A stretch of 63,950 bases of DNA, filler included, from Alloascoidea hylecoeti (GCA_001600815.1; 24 parts of 24 records of this genome joined end to end with filler, not necessarily neighbours in it); one strand, 5' to 3'; positions 13,475 through 29,593 are shown, counted from the whole stretch's first letter. Notes: generated by a model from the letters alone, not told the origin. Numbers and translations are program-made.

Positions 13475-16400
13475 TAGTTTGAATTCATTATTACTTGGTT
13501 AAATTAATGATAATATAAATGAAAATGTTATATGGTTGTACGGATGCAAAAATCTATCATTTCTTTTTTCTCACACTGTACTTGGTGCATTCTTTGGACA
13601 AGTATCAAAGTTCCACGAAAACTCTTAGGGGATCACGGCTAGATCATTATTGAAACACGCTTGGCAGAAGTACGGCTCTTCATAACAATCTCGATAATTA
13701 GGAAAAACTTACCGCATCAACTAAAAAATTTATATCTGATTATAATAGAGTATGATTAAAGATGGGGATAAAAGTTTCGCAAATAGTGTTGTCTAAGAGG
13801 AAATCCATCTACTACTGCTTTTGCAATGAAGCGAGCTAATACCTAAACAGTGAAAAGGAAGCCATAATTAGGATATACTCCTAGAACACTATGCTTAGTT
13901 TTATCAATTTAACTACATCGGTTAGTCTACTAAGATCTATTGGTGTTTATTTTTTTGGTGCTAGTATTATTAGAGAACCATCTTCATCTTCATCTAGAAA
14001 ACAACTGGGATCATAATGGAACACTTATATCAAAATTACCAAAAATCCACCAGATTTCCATCACCTAAAAAGACTCATAAAACATTAGGTGATATCACCA
14101 CTCAAACCAATAAATTCAGCCCATCTAATGTAAATCGGTTCAAATTCTTTCATCCCCTGTTTTTACCAAAAACTAATACTACTGCAACTTAAAAAAAATA
14201 TAAAAAAAATAAAAGCTCTCCATTTATATCATATTAATCCCGAAAGATTACTACAGCAGTGGTATATTATCAAGATTTTAATCCATAGCATGATCAAAAT
14301 GCATATAATGATCTCATTATTCACAACTTCAGTACAGACGAGAACATTGGGAGACGGTCATCATCCGAGAAAGTGCAATAAATAGCGATGCCGATTATTT
14401 AAGAGGGAGACAAAAAAAAATATTACGCAAACTTAATATCAATGAAAAAAAATTCAGAAAAAGTTAACCAAGAAAGTTAAAAAGTTGACATTGAACTTAG
14501 GGAGTCCCAGTAATAAATCGGAATTACAGGATCAAGCAAACACCTATGTGAATCCCGATACTGCAAGCGGCACAAACACAATTTCTGAGCAGATGAATTA
14601 TATAAGATGGAGACAAAAGAAATTGGAAGTTTCAGCCTTTAAACAGACAAAAAAAGACAAAGAAAGTTTAAAATGCAATCTTGTTGAGGAGGATAACGAT
14701 AAGGGAGTACAATTGCTTTCTCCTATCAGCCGTGTGATAAGGAGACAACTACTATTCCGTTTATAGATCTATGAAATGTTAATAATTATCAGTCACATTA
14801 TTTGGAATTTTTTTGTTTAATCATCCGACAGATATATATAAAAGAATGAAATAATGGAATTAGAAAAGTGTTATTCTTAGGCCTACTGTACAATTACCTG
14901 CAGGGTTGTTAGGCGTAAATAAGTGGATTAGTTAATGCATGAAGTGTTTAGATACCATTAATATTTGATTTTCAAGAAAATCGTCTATCAACTATCTAAC
15001 ACGGTGAATCATTGACGACCTTGTGAGATTGAATATTATGGCAGTTCAGAATTTCCTCAATTTGAGTTTCTGTTGAACGTTATTTACTTCTGATATAAAA
15101 GTTTAATTTATAACAAAAAATAAATGATACAAAAACAAGTCATCCTCAAAACTTAAATTCTTAGAAATAGAAAAAAAGGAATTGTTCTATAAATGAATAA
15201 ATGTACTGGTATATAATGCACTGGTGTTGGTCGTACCTTACTTCGTAAAATAAGAAAGAAATGTTGCATTAACCCTAACGATTTCACTTACCTGCAAACT
15301 GATAAATAATTATCGACCAACCTCTAACTAATTTTCGTCGGAATTCTTATGGTATATATTTACGTAATCTGATTGTATTTGATTTTCCTTCATAATTATT
15401 ACCGGTATCATGAGTCCATGACCCTTCAAAATTTAATATGCAGGGATATGGAATAACTTCGGAGGCCAAACACCACCGAAAAATAATTATGGTTCTGGCC
15501 GAAATTAAGTAGAATTATTGTAAGCTGGTCAATCATCTATCTTTAGTTTGGTTGAATTTTTATTATTAATACTTTAAGCTTAGTGGTTTTATATTAAAAG
15601 TGGTTAAGGAAGCGATATAGGATTGTCAAGCAAGTTTATTCTATAATAATAGGAAATACCACCAATAAAGCGAGTTATCTGGTATTTCAATTCAAACAGC
15701 GCGTACCTGAACGCTCAGATATGTGGGTTCATCATATAATGGGCGTATGTATAAGTATATTACGAAGTGCAATTAAAAGCTGTATTTGAAAGAACCGAGG
15801 ATAGAAGAAGAGAGTTAATTGAGTAGTATTAGAAACAGTATACGTAAATTGTATTATAGATGTCTCATATACAGTTTTTATTCCAACCTTAACTTAAATT
15901 AGAAGGTTTAAAAGAATTATTATTCCGAATTAACCTATTTTTTTAACTGCTTAATTATTTTAAATTCTTAAATGATGGTATCATGGTACTATTATCTAAT
16001 CTCACTCAGCTAGGTTAATAACTGAGGTTATACATATTAGTTACACTTGCAAAACCAATTATATTTCGATATCACATGAATTCTTTAAGACTATAGGCTT
16101 TAACAATCAATAATTTATAATCTTCCAAAATTCTTGATAATTCTTGATTGCTAATAACTATAGGGTTTCTCTAACTATATCTTGTATAGACAATTTTTCA
16201 AATACCGGCACAAAGTTATTAAAAGAGCTTAATGCTTGATACATCTACATTTAATTTCAATGGCGGGTTATATTATCTGCAATATTATAGCGGGGATTTA
16301 TAACAGCTATCTTGCAGAAATCGGTAAATGAAATTCGAAAGAATTTTGGGGTTATAAGAAACAAAATTTCTCATCTTTAACCTTTCTCTTGGATTTTACA

Positions 16401-16575
16401 CATTCATAATTAAACTTAATTTATTTTTATCAAAGAAACATCGTGATAATTGATAAAATATGATCGATAGTATCGAATTAAGTAACTTTATTAAAGATTT
16501 GATAAAGAATAAAAATGAAGAATTAAAAGAAATTAATTCTACAATTTGGGAAAATCCTGAAGTTAGTTGGGAAGA
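13475..16575 (+). repeat. Duplicate of 10274-13374, including the M20 start at 16460-16575
   Basis: Apparently identical sequence; probably a redundant assembly path. Confidence 0.9.
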
Positions 16576-16675
16576 NNNNNNNNNNNNNNNNNNNNNNNNN
16601 NNNNNNNNNNNNNNNNNNNTTAATTAATTAANNNNNNNNNNNNNNNNNNNNNNNNNNNNNNNNNNNNNNNNNNNN

Positions 16676-19600
16676 CAAATCAAAACCAATCCTAATGATT
16701 CCAAAAAATGAAGAGACACTTACCGATTATAGGTCTGTAACTGCTACAGAGTTTAATAAATGGATTGACTCTGCNGCTACTTTGTTGAGTAAGAGGGGTC
16801 TTCCCTCAATACCCTTAGAAGATAGACAAACAGCAAAGGTTGGTATTTGNCATTTNATGCCNANCAGTGTTGATTATNTGGTGAATCAATTTGCTCTGGC
16901 TCGCTTGGGTTACTCTGCCTTATTGGCATCAACAAGGGTCAGTGGTGAAATAGTTTTTAATCTTATGAAGGGCATGAACACCAATATAATNCTTACTACA
17001 GGATTGGAAGAAATTGTAAATACTTGCCANAAATTAAACCCAAATCTTGTTACAATAGTACCAGCATCACTAGAAGAATTCAGTGATCCAGAAAATATTA
17101 AAGCCGCTGTNGATTTTAGTGTTTCTCATAAGGATGCAAAGGAAGTATTACAAAACAGATGTTGCTTCTACCTGCACTCATCAGGTTCCACCGGTTTTCC
17201 TAAACTTGTAAGCATGGGTAACAAAACTGTTTTGAATACTATAAGGTTTGTCAAGATTNGTGGTAGAACATTGATATCATCACCATTATTTCATACTATG
17301 GGNTTTNTANCATGNTCANTTGTTTTTGGTACTGTATCTACAGTGTGTTTATTTAACTACAACAAACCAGTTACAGCTACTAATATTATGGAAACGGTGT
17401 TGGGGATTGATATAGAACATTTATTTGCTGTTCCTTATATTTTGAAATTACTCCTTGAAACCGAAAGGGGTATCGAAACAATTAAAAATTTGCAAATAGT
17501 GNCNTGNGCTGGAGCANAATGTCCCACAGATATAGGAAATAAAGTGAATGCTCTTGGAACACGAGTTCAAAANNTTTATGGAGCAACCGAATTTGGAACA
17601 TCGATGACAAGTTTAAGAGCCACAGATAACGAATGGGAATGGCTTAGTCTCTTTCCTGGTTTAGAAAAGTATATTACATTTGTCCCTCAAGGAAATAATC
17701 TTTATGAGCAACATTTATTACCCGATTGTCCTATTAGATCGGTCTGTAATTCTGAAGATGGAGGGTNCGACACACGAGATCTATTTGTTCGCCATCCAAA
17801 ACATGATTGGTATCGTTATGCAGCTAGAAAAGATGATAGAGTAACATTATCAACAGGTGAAAAAGTGTTAACTATTCCTATCGAGCAACAAATTAAAACC
17901 CATCCATTAGTGAAGGAGTGTATTGTGTTTGGAATTGGTAAAGAAGTTCCAGGAGTTATCATTATTCCTACCAATGCAACCAAAACGGAAGAGGAAGTTT
18001 TAAATGAATTGTGGCCAACAATCAAAGAAATAAACACAAAGGTTGAACAATTCTCTCGTATTATGAAAGAGATGATTAAAATCCTTCCAACCAATACAAA
18101 ATATTCTATTTCTGTCAAAGGTGTGGTTCAGCGTCAGTTGTTCTATGAACACTTTAAATCTGAAATTGAGCAGGTNTACAAAGATGCCGAGATGTCTGGT
18201 TCATTTGATTATAAGACAAGTTCAATGTCTTTGGAAGAAATCGAAAACTTCATCTTGGATATATTTAGGGAGATTGGATGTCCTATTGCATCNACCACAG
18301 ACGATCTGTATAAATCTGGTATTGATAGTTTACAAGCTATAACTGTTTGGGGACATATTCACAGAAAGTTGACAAAAGATGTGACAAGAAATGTTGTTTA
18401 TGATCATTCCAATATTAAGAAGCTTTCCCAGCATGTATTTGACTTAACTCATACTTCCGGACATAAAGTGGAAACATCACAGAATAGTAAAGAAATTGTG
18501 AAAACAATCCAAAATCTTATTGATCAATATTCGGATTTCTCTGCTTATTCTTCTGCCAGAAAGACTAATTCCGGTAATAATGAGTATGTTCTTCTTACAG
18601 GTGCAACTGGTTCATTGGGAGCACATGTCTTGGAACAGTTATTACAAAATGTTAACGTTAGGAAGGTTTATTGTGTTGTAAGAGCAGATGATAAAAATAG
18701 AAGTTTGGATAGAATTTTACAAAGTCTTGACAGAAGAAATATTAAAAGGCCGACCAATTGTGANCTTGAAAAGATTGAACCTATTCCATTCGATATGGTC
18801 CNGTCTATGGAAAGCGATTTGAAGAAATCTTTGCGTTCATTTATACCAGATATAACCAAGAACTTGACTTCTGTTATTCATTGTGCTTGGCCTGTCAATT
18901 TCAACTATGGTCTTGAATTTTTTGAACCCCATATCAAATCTGTTTCTGATCTAATCAAAATCTGCTTGAGCTCTGAAAGAAAAGCAAAATTTATTTTCTG
19001 TTCTTCCATTTCTACTGCCTTGTGCTGTCCTACCCCTGTTCCAGAGTCTGTTATCAATGATTTATCACAATCAGCGGCACCAATGGGATATGGCCAATCA
19101 AAACTAGTATGTGAACATATAGTCAAAAATGCTTGCTCACAAACAGGAATATTTGCCAGATCAGCTCGTATTGGGCAAATTGTCGGAGACACTAAAAATG
19201 GTATTTGGAATAGTACCGAGGCTTATCCACTGATGATTCAAAGTGCTAAAGTTTTGAAGGCACTTCCTGCAATTCCAGAAATGNTATCTTGGACACCTGT
19301 TGATGTTGTTGCTAATGTTATCTTGGATATATTATTTGAAGGAGAAGCTAAAGAACAATCTCTCGGTGTTGATGGAGGAGATGTAGTTTACAACGTCACA
19401 ACACCTAAACTGGTTGANTGGACCAGTGACTTATTACCTGCACTTAAGAATGATGCTGGACTGGAATTTGAAGTTGTTGGAATTGATGAATGGTTGAGAA
19501 GATTGGCAAATAGTCCCAGTGATGCCAAAGTAAACCCAACCATTAAGTTATTGGATCACTTTGAGAAACTATATAATAGCAATCAAAAGATCGATGTTCC

Positions 19601-19719
19601 AGCATTTATGACTTTAAAGACAGAATCAGTATCACCCTGTTTGAAAGAATGTGAAAATGTAATCAATAGTGGATTAGTTAAGAAGTTTGTAAAAGGTTGG
19701 GGATTGGAGAGCACCATCA
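16676..19719 (+). CDS. NRPS-like carboxylic acid reductase (adenylation - thiolation - thioester reductase); ends truncated
   Basis: A3 YLHSSGSTGFPK, A4 PLFHT, A5 YGATE, A7 TRDLF, RKDD; carrier motif GIDSL; reductase LLTGATGSLG, IHCAWPVNF, GYGQSK, RIGQIVGD. Confidence 0.92.
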
Positions 19720-19819
19720 NNNNNNNNNNNNNNNNNNNNNNNNNNNNNNNNNNNNNNNNNNNNTTAATTAATTAANNNNNNNNNNNNNNNNNNNNNNNNN
19801 NNNNNNNNNNNNNNNNNNN

Positions 19820-21070
19820 CCCAGCATCATAGCCTTATTATGAAAATACTTAAGGGCCGGGTATCATCTGAATGGTACATATCATAAAGGAAAGATAGGT
19901 GTGCCCCAAGGTGGGCTGATCAGTCCTTTCTTAGCGAACATAGTACTAGATATATTTGATAAATATATGGATAAATACATCAATAGATTCAACACTGGTA
20001 AAACTCGAAAGAGAAACCCAGCGTACAATAGACTAATGTACCACTTACGTAAAGCGAAGGCGACGAACAACAAAACCGAATATAAAAAAATAAGGGAAAC
20101 TATGATGGCTTTACCTTCAATTACTAACATGGATCCTAATTATAAAAGAATGGAATATATCAGATATGCTGACGATTTTGTAATACTAGTTTCAGGTAGC
20201 TTAAACGATGCGAAACTTATAAAGGCAAACATCAAAGAGTTCCTATCCTCTCACTGTGGAGCCACTTTGAGTGAGGAAAAAACGATCATTACTAACCTAA
20301 GAGACAATAAATTTGAATTCTTAGGAGCAGACATCAGAGTAAAGAAAAGAAGTACATTTTTCTTCATGAGGAAAAACACAAGAGTTCGTATTGTAGACAG
20401 ACTACTAATTAATGCTCCTATGTCTAAATTAATTAATAAACTTCTCGAAGCTAAATTCCTCCGTAGAAACCAATTGGGTGATATCTTACCCCTAAGTCAA
20501 GGAAAACTAGTAAATCTGGATCATTATTCCATAATAAACTTTTACAACTCCAAAATCAACGGTATCGTAAATTACTACTCCTTCGCCTCCAACAGATCTA
20601 AGTTACAAAGAATTTTATACTATCTACAATCCTCCTGTGCCTATACTTTAGCAGAGAAATATAAAACTTCAGCACCCCAAATCTACCAAAAATATGGTAA
20701 AAGACTAATGGACCCAATAACCAAAAAAGGACTGAATATATATAACACTCTTAAAGTGACACACAAATTTAATATTACGAAATCTTTGGACCCTCCGTTG
20801 TTAAAATTATTAGACATAACTTGGTCAGGACGGATAACTCAATCCAACTTTAATAAGACATGTAAACTATGTGATTCAACTTACAAAATAGAGATGCATC
20901 ACCTACGTAAAGTGGCCGACATTAGACACAAGATGAGGACAGGTAACTCAACATACGATCAATGAATAGGAGCAGCAAACCGTAAACAAATACCATTATG
21001 TGAATATCATCACAAACTACTACACTCCGGTAAACTAAACAGTCAAGATTTGAAAAGAATATATAGCTAG
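19820..21070 (+). CDS. Group II intron RT/maturase/HNH, C-terminal part
   Basis: GVPQGGLISPFLANI, YIRYADDF, domain X NYYSFASN, CKLC...EMHHLRK...RKQIPLC; open in table 4 to TAG at 21070. Confidence 0.92.
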
Positions 21071-21254
21071 CTCTGCACTGATCAGCACAATGACGGAAAG
21101 TCTATTCACATACAAATAATATATAACCTTAGTATTAGTAATACACGACTAGTGGTGTTATCGGCGGAAAGCCGTATGATGGGAAACTATCACGTGCGGT
21201 TTGGAGGGCAGCAATTGATTATAGATAGTTTCTATTAATCTACTCTGACCCTAC
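19820..21254 (+). mobile_element. 3' part of a cob group II intron
   Basis: Domain V AAGCCGTATGATGGGAAACTATCACGTGCGGTTT near 21169-21203; ends GACCCTAC directly before a cob exon. Confidence 0.93.
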
Positions 21255-21314
21255 TCATTATTAGGACTTTGTTTAATAATACAAATCTTATCAGGAATTT
21301 GGTTAGCTATGCAT
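21255..21314 (+). CDS. cob: cob exon, 60 nt (SLLGLCLIIQILSGIWLAMH)
   Basis: Matches cob helix A SLLGxCLxxQIxxGxxLAMH; flanked by AC and GTGCG. Confidence 0.93.
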
Positions 21315-22779
21315 GTGCGCCGTTGCGCATTCTTTGTTACTCTGTTTAAGGTCAGATATTATTTTGTCTATATAATAAAACCACTCATCTTAGGTAATCT
21401 GGGAAATCAGTTGCCGAACTTAGCATGTTGAGAAAAGGTATACTTAGTTGTGAAACTATTAGCAATTAATATATCAGGTAAAGTTTCTAATTTATGGTTA
21501 AAGTTATACTACTTCAAGACAAATTTCCAATCGTATCAAGCTGGGTGCCTAACTCGTAATAGTAATGAGAGTAGTCTTATTTATAGTGATGCAGGAATGC
21601 ATGGCATTGCTAAGACAATAAGTAAGAGATATATTACTAATAGTAATATCAAGGGGATGAGTTGTCAACCTAAGGAAACAAATATCTTGAACAAAGAGTG
21701 AACTACGGTATCCACTAAGGGTAGCAATACCAATGTGGAAGGAGGTTCTTATAAGTCTGATATTAATGTAAATAATTCAATAAGTACATTAACATACGGT
21801 AACTTTAATAGGTTATTAAATACTAATAGTATTCAGAGAAGAGAATCAGCAAAAATAGGATTAAGAATGTTTAGTACAAGTTTGGGAAAGAACAATAAAA
21901 ATGTATTAAACAAACTTAATGATTTACATGAATTTTCTAGTAATTATCCTAATAAATATATAGATAGGGATTTATATAAAAAATTTATACTTAATAAAGA
22001 ATTATTATTATATGCATATAAAAATTTACGTAGTAAACCAGGAATGATGACACCGGGAATTAACCCAACAACTTTAGATGGTATTTCGGATGAAACGATG
22101 GATGAAATTATTAATACATTAAAAGATCAGAGTTTTAAGTTTACACCTGTTAGGTTGATTGAAATAGATAAACCTAATGGAGGCAAAAGACCTTTAAGTT
22201 TAGGAAATCCTCAAGATAAATTAGTACAAGAAATGATGAGAATGGTATTAGAAGCAATATATGAACCTTTGTTCCATAATAATTCCCATGGTTTTAGAAG
22301 GGAACGTAGTTGTCATACAGCCCTTAGATATGTGTTTACACAATTTAGAGGTTGTACTTGATGAATAGAAGGAGATATAAAACAATGTTTTGATAGTATA
22401 CCTCATGATAAATTAATTAGTTTATTAGAGACTAAAATTAAAGATAAACGTTTTATTAATTTAATTATTAAAGCTCTTAATGCAGGTTATATGTTAGATA
22501 GAAAAAAACTTTTTGATATAATAGGTACCCCTCAAGGTTCAATTATAAGTCCTATACTAGCTAATATTTATTTAGATCAATTAGATCAATTTATCGATGT
22601 ATTAAAATCTAAATTTGATTCAGGTATAACCGCAATATCTTGTATAAATAGATTTCCTAAATATAGATCTATAGAAAGTAAAATAGCAGTAGCTAAAAAG
22701 AAAGAGGAATCTCTCGAAAGAAGGAAAACCCTAAGATATTGAAGTACTAAACTTAGAAATACGGCAACTCGAAAAAAAA
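21315..22779 (+). mobile_element. 5' part of a cob group II intron with an exon-fused RT ORF
   Basis: GTGCG start; EBS1 ATGCAT at 21597-21602 pairs with exon end ATGCAT; frame open in table 4 through SKPGMMTPG, KRPLSL, SHGFR, GTPQGSIISPILANIYL. Confidence 0.92.
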
Positions 22780-24724
22780 NNNNNNNNNNNNNNNNNNNNN
22801 NNNNNNNNNNNNNNNNNNNNNNNTTAATTAATTAANNNNNNNNNNNNNNNNNNNNNNNNNNNNNNNNNNNNNNNNNNNNTATCAATTAAGAATTGTAATT
22901 GATTTCATCAAATTGCGACATTGTCCATAAAGGAAATTAAGGTGTTTGGAATTGTCACTGGTACATGAATATTTCCGCGGAATATTATATTGAGTGACAA
23001 AAAAGATAATCTACGATTGCGAGTATATTGTGTACGTTTATGCATGCATGTATACATACTCAGACTACCTAAACCTAAAGCTACATATACATATAAGCTA
23101 AAAGGGAAAGTTTCAAAATGTCGACATATAATGACTACAAGAACAGTGAAGAGGAAGATATTTTATATTTAATTAAATTATTCTTGGATCTTCAATTTAT
23201 ATAAGAAAATATTAATCTTCTTAATATGTATATAATATATAAACATTATTTGTTGAAATTTCAATTAATGTATTTTATCTAGTATGGAATACATTGGTAT
23301 CCAACAAGTAAAATGTCGTAGATTACATTAATTAGACTATTAATAAAACGTGTATCAATGCTTATAATTACATATTTCAAAAAATAGAAGCTTTATGACC
23401 TTAGTGTTTATATTATCCGGTAAATTAGCGCTGCTATCTTAAACATTAATATTATAAGATTTCCCAAGTGGTGCCGCAGAAGACACCAGTCATATAGCTA
23501 TAATTACAATGATGTAATTCATAATAATAGTGCTACATATATCAAATCCCTTGGTATTACATCTAGTATTATAACATCGTTATACCTTTAACCAGCTATA
23601 ATTAGTTTATAACCTCAAAATCTAAAGTATCTAAGAATTATCGAGCTCTGATAATATATAATTAATACGTTTGTCGTTTTTCCCACAACAGTAGAATATA
23701 TAGATTTAAGTTTAAAAATGTAAAGGATTACTTTGTATATGAGAAGTTCCATCACATCGCAATATATAGCTATCTGTGATAACTTTATCTTCTTAAACTT
23801 TGGGATTGATTATTGTAAGTATTATAGTAGGGCACCCCGATAAACTTCGGACGGGTATTATAAAACCTTGGTGGGCAATTGTGATACCCAGAAATTTGAT
23901 TCGAACGATATAATGTCTTAAAATAATTGTGTTATACATAAAGTTAAGACTAGGGACCCGAAAAATAGTCTAAAACACCAAGTGTTATTTTCATTATTGG
24001 CTACAATGGCTAGTAGCTAATCTAACCAATAATATCAAAAAATTTCATCATTGGTGAAATAAAACGTGATTTTGAGTCTTATAAAATTGTTTATGGGATA
24101 AATTCTCTATAACTCTATTTAACATCTGAATATTAATTGCAAGATGCCTCTGCTAATCAATTGTCAGATATGCACATATGCATCTGTTCAGGATTATATT
24201 AATAGCTAGTAAGATATACCTATAGAATGATAAATATTATATTTATATTTACAATAATATATACATGTAAATAAATAAAATGACATAAGATATTTTTCAG
24301 CTAAGTTAATAATTATTTTATGTTACTTCTTTTTATATTCCCTGCATATATATTGCAAGTCTTGCATGAGTTTAGCAAATCGGAGTAATTTCAATGATTT
24401 GGTAAATCAACTTCACGTACTATATTCGGTTCCCATTTTTTAATTGTTTTTTATTCCTGCTCTACGTGTTCCTAAATCTTATTCCTTCTAATACAGGACA
24501 ACAACTTCATATTAACTTTCCAATATTACCAATATTTGGTTTTAAGATTTGAATTTTTTTGAGTCTAAAGCGAAACTCCGCACCTGCAATACAACATACT
24601 ACAATATAGGGTATATTGAACAAGTTTAACTATATCATATTCTTCTCTGGATCTATAAAATAGCACATTTTTCCTGGATATAACTTTTTCAAATCAGTTC
24701 TCAGTCTCTAATTCAATCGCTAAA

Positions 24725-25635
24725 ATGAAAGGTGTATCACTTAAGCTTATTCTATCTTCTTTATTGGTTTCTTCTACTGCTTTTGCAGTTGAAGAATCAT
24801 TCTTACTCTCTCAACAGGGAACTGATGCATTTTCTGCTTTGCAAGGTTATGCAGAGATCCAAAGTAGATGTTATGCGCATGCTGCCAATGATCCAGCTAG
24901 TTATACTGTCCCGGATAGTCTCCTAAATCAGAAGTCAATTGTCGATACATTGGTGATCCAACATACTTTTAGTAATATCTCTCCAATGAATATTTCCGGT
25001 GTCGTTTATAAAAATCCAGCAACAAATGAGACAATTTTATCTTTGATTAGTGATATTGAACCAATTGTTTATTTGAATCCAAATGCCAGTGCCTTGGTAC
25101 CTTATAGTGGTTTATCAGAAACCGGCAAAAGTGCCTTGGTTAAAAGAGATTATGGTACTCCCCTTGCCCACTCACTTGCTGTAACTTCTTCTAGAAATGT
25201 ATGGGATCAATTAGAAGTAATTGGAGAAAAAATCCTTGATAAATCTGAACCGGCTGTTGTTGTTATGGCACATTCTTTCGCAGGTTCTGTTGCAGGATTG
25301 GTTGGATTGGAGTTGAAGCTTCTTGGTATTAATGCTAGTGTTATCACTTTTGGATCTCCTCAATTTGGTGACCAAGTGTTAACAGATGTTATCCATAATG
25401 CTTTTGAGGTCCCTAAATCATTTGAACAATTNAGTAGAGGTTTCATCACTGGATTTATTAGAAACTCAAAGGATTTCGATTTACTTACAGCCTTACCCGA
25501 TGCTGCTGGTTATGTTGCTCAAGGCTTAAAGGTATTCATTACTAAGAAAGGGTTACCTCTCACTCCTGGTGATGTTGCTGTCTGTAGACCAGACAGCGAG
25601 CATTGTGATGGTTTAGAAAAAATTACTATTCCAAA
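24725..25635 (+). CDS. Secreted class 3 lipase-like alpha/beta hydrolase; 3' truncated
   Basis: Signal peptide; nucleophile-elbow-like VVMAHSFAGSVA; ITFGSPQFGD; DLLTALP. Confidence 0.75.
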
Positions 25636-25735
25636 NNNNNNNNNNNNNNNNNNNNNNNNNNNNNNNNNNNNNNNNNNNNTTAATTAATTAANNNNNNNNN
25701 NNNNNNNNNNNNNNNNNNNNNNNNNNNNNNNNNNN

Positions 25736-28364
<2,629 letters not shown>

Positions 28365-28464
28365 NNNNNNNNNNNNNNNNNNNNNNNNNNNNNNNNNNNN
28401 NNNNNNNNTTAATTAATTAANNNNNNNNNNNNNNNNNNNNNNNNNNNNNNNNNNNNNNNNNNNN

Positions 28465-29593
28465 GGGGGGAAAATAATAATGAAAAGATAAAAGGAGTCT
28501 TAACAGTAAGAAAAGAAGTATATGTTTATGATATAAATCATCAAAAATTAGTAAATAATAAACCATTTAGATCAATATTAGAATGTTCCAATGAATTACA
28601 TATAACAAGAGGAACCATAAGGAAATATTTAGACAGTGATAATTTATATAAATATGGTTATTTAATTCGATCAAAAAAAATAAAATTCGAAAAATTAAAA
28701 AAATATGAATTATTTTCAGAAGAATTAAAAGGTATAATAACAGGATGATTATTAGGTGATGGATGATTAGAGAAAGTAAAAGGTTTAAGATCTCATTCAA
28801 GATTAGCTTTTACAATAAGTAAAAAAAATATAGAATATATTCATCATATAAGATTCTTAATAAAAAATATCTCTACAAATTCTAATTTAGTACCTTGACC
28901 TAGGAATGATCCAACTCAATATTGATTTGGTACTAAATGTATTAAATATTTCACTGAAATAGAGAAATTGTGATATTATAATGATGATACAACTAATTCT
29001 CGAATAAAAAGATTACCTTCTAATATTGATAAATATTTTACACCTCAATGTATAGCATATTGATTAATGGATGATGGATATTATCATACTAATAGTTCAA
29101 CTATATATTTTTGTACTGAAAGCTTTTCACCATCTGAAGTTAATAAATTAATAGATTTATTTGATCAAAAATATAATATAAAAGCTGTATTATCAAGACG
29201 TAAAAATCAAAATAATATAATTAATTATAGAATTAGACTAAATAGATCAGAAACAAATAAATTAATAAATTTAATTAAAAAATATATAATACCTTCAATG
29301 TTATATAAATTAGGGCCCTCCTAAAATTACACTATATGCTGGAACCTCTTAAAGCTTAATATACATATATTTCTATATATATATGTCAAAATATTAAAGA
29401 TATAATAATAGACAATCAGCAGGAAACTTTAATCAAATTTAAATAAAAAATATATAACTATAATCCCAAAAAAGTAAATAATAAAATAAATAAAGGATCC
29501 TCAGAGACTACACGTGTAATATTTATTAAAAATCAAAATATAATAATAAATAATGATCTAGTCCACCTAAATATGAAAGTATTTAGATAATTG
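28465..29593 (+). mobile_element. nad5 group I intron (IB-like core), 5' truncated
   Basis: ATGCTGGAA, AATCAGCAGG, CTCAGAGACTACA and ATCTAGTCC core elements; terminal G before PTPVSAL. Confidence 0.88.
28467..29324 (+). CDS. LAGLIDADG homing endonuclease with an N-terminal NUMOD1-like segment; 5' truncated
   Basis: Table 4 frame: VYVYD...FRSILECSNELHITRGTIRKYLDS, then IITGWLLGDGW and IAYWLMDDG, FCTESFS, IIPSMLYKL. Confidence 0.88.

Noticed and set aside
10186..16575. A real 3.1-kb tandem duplication
   Set aside because: The copies are separate contigs with the same end and no differences noticed; most likely redundant assembly output.
17816..19192. Antisense and alternate-frame ORFs inside the NRPS-like gene (likewise inside Ty3, M20, nad5 and RT ORFs)
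   Set aside because: Shadows of well-supported coding frames.
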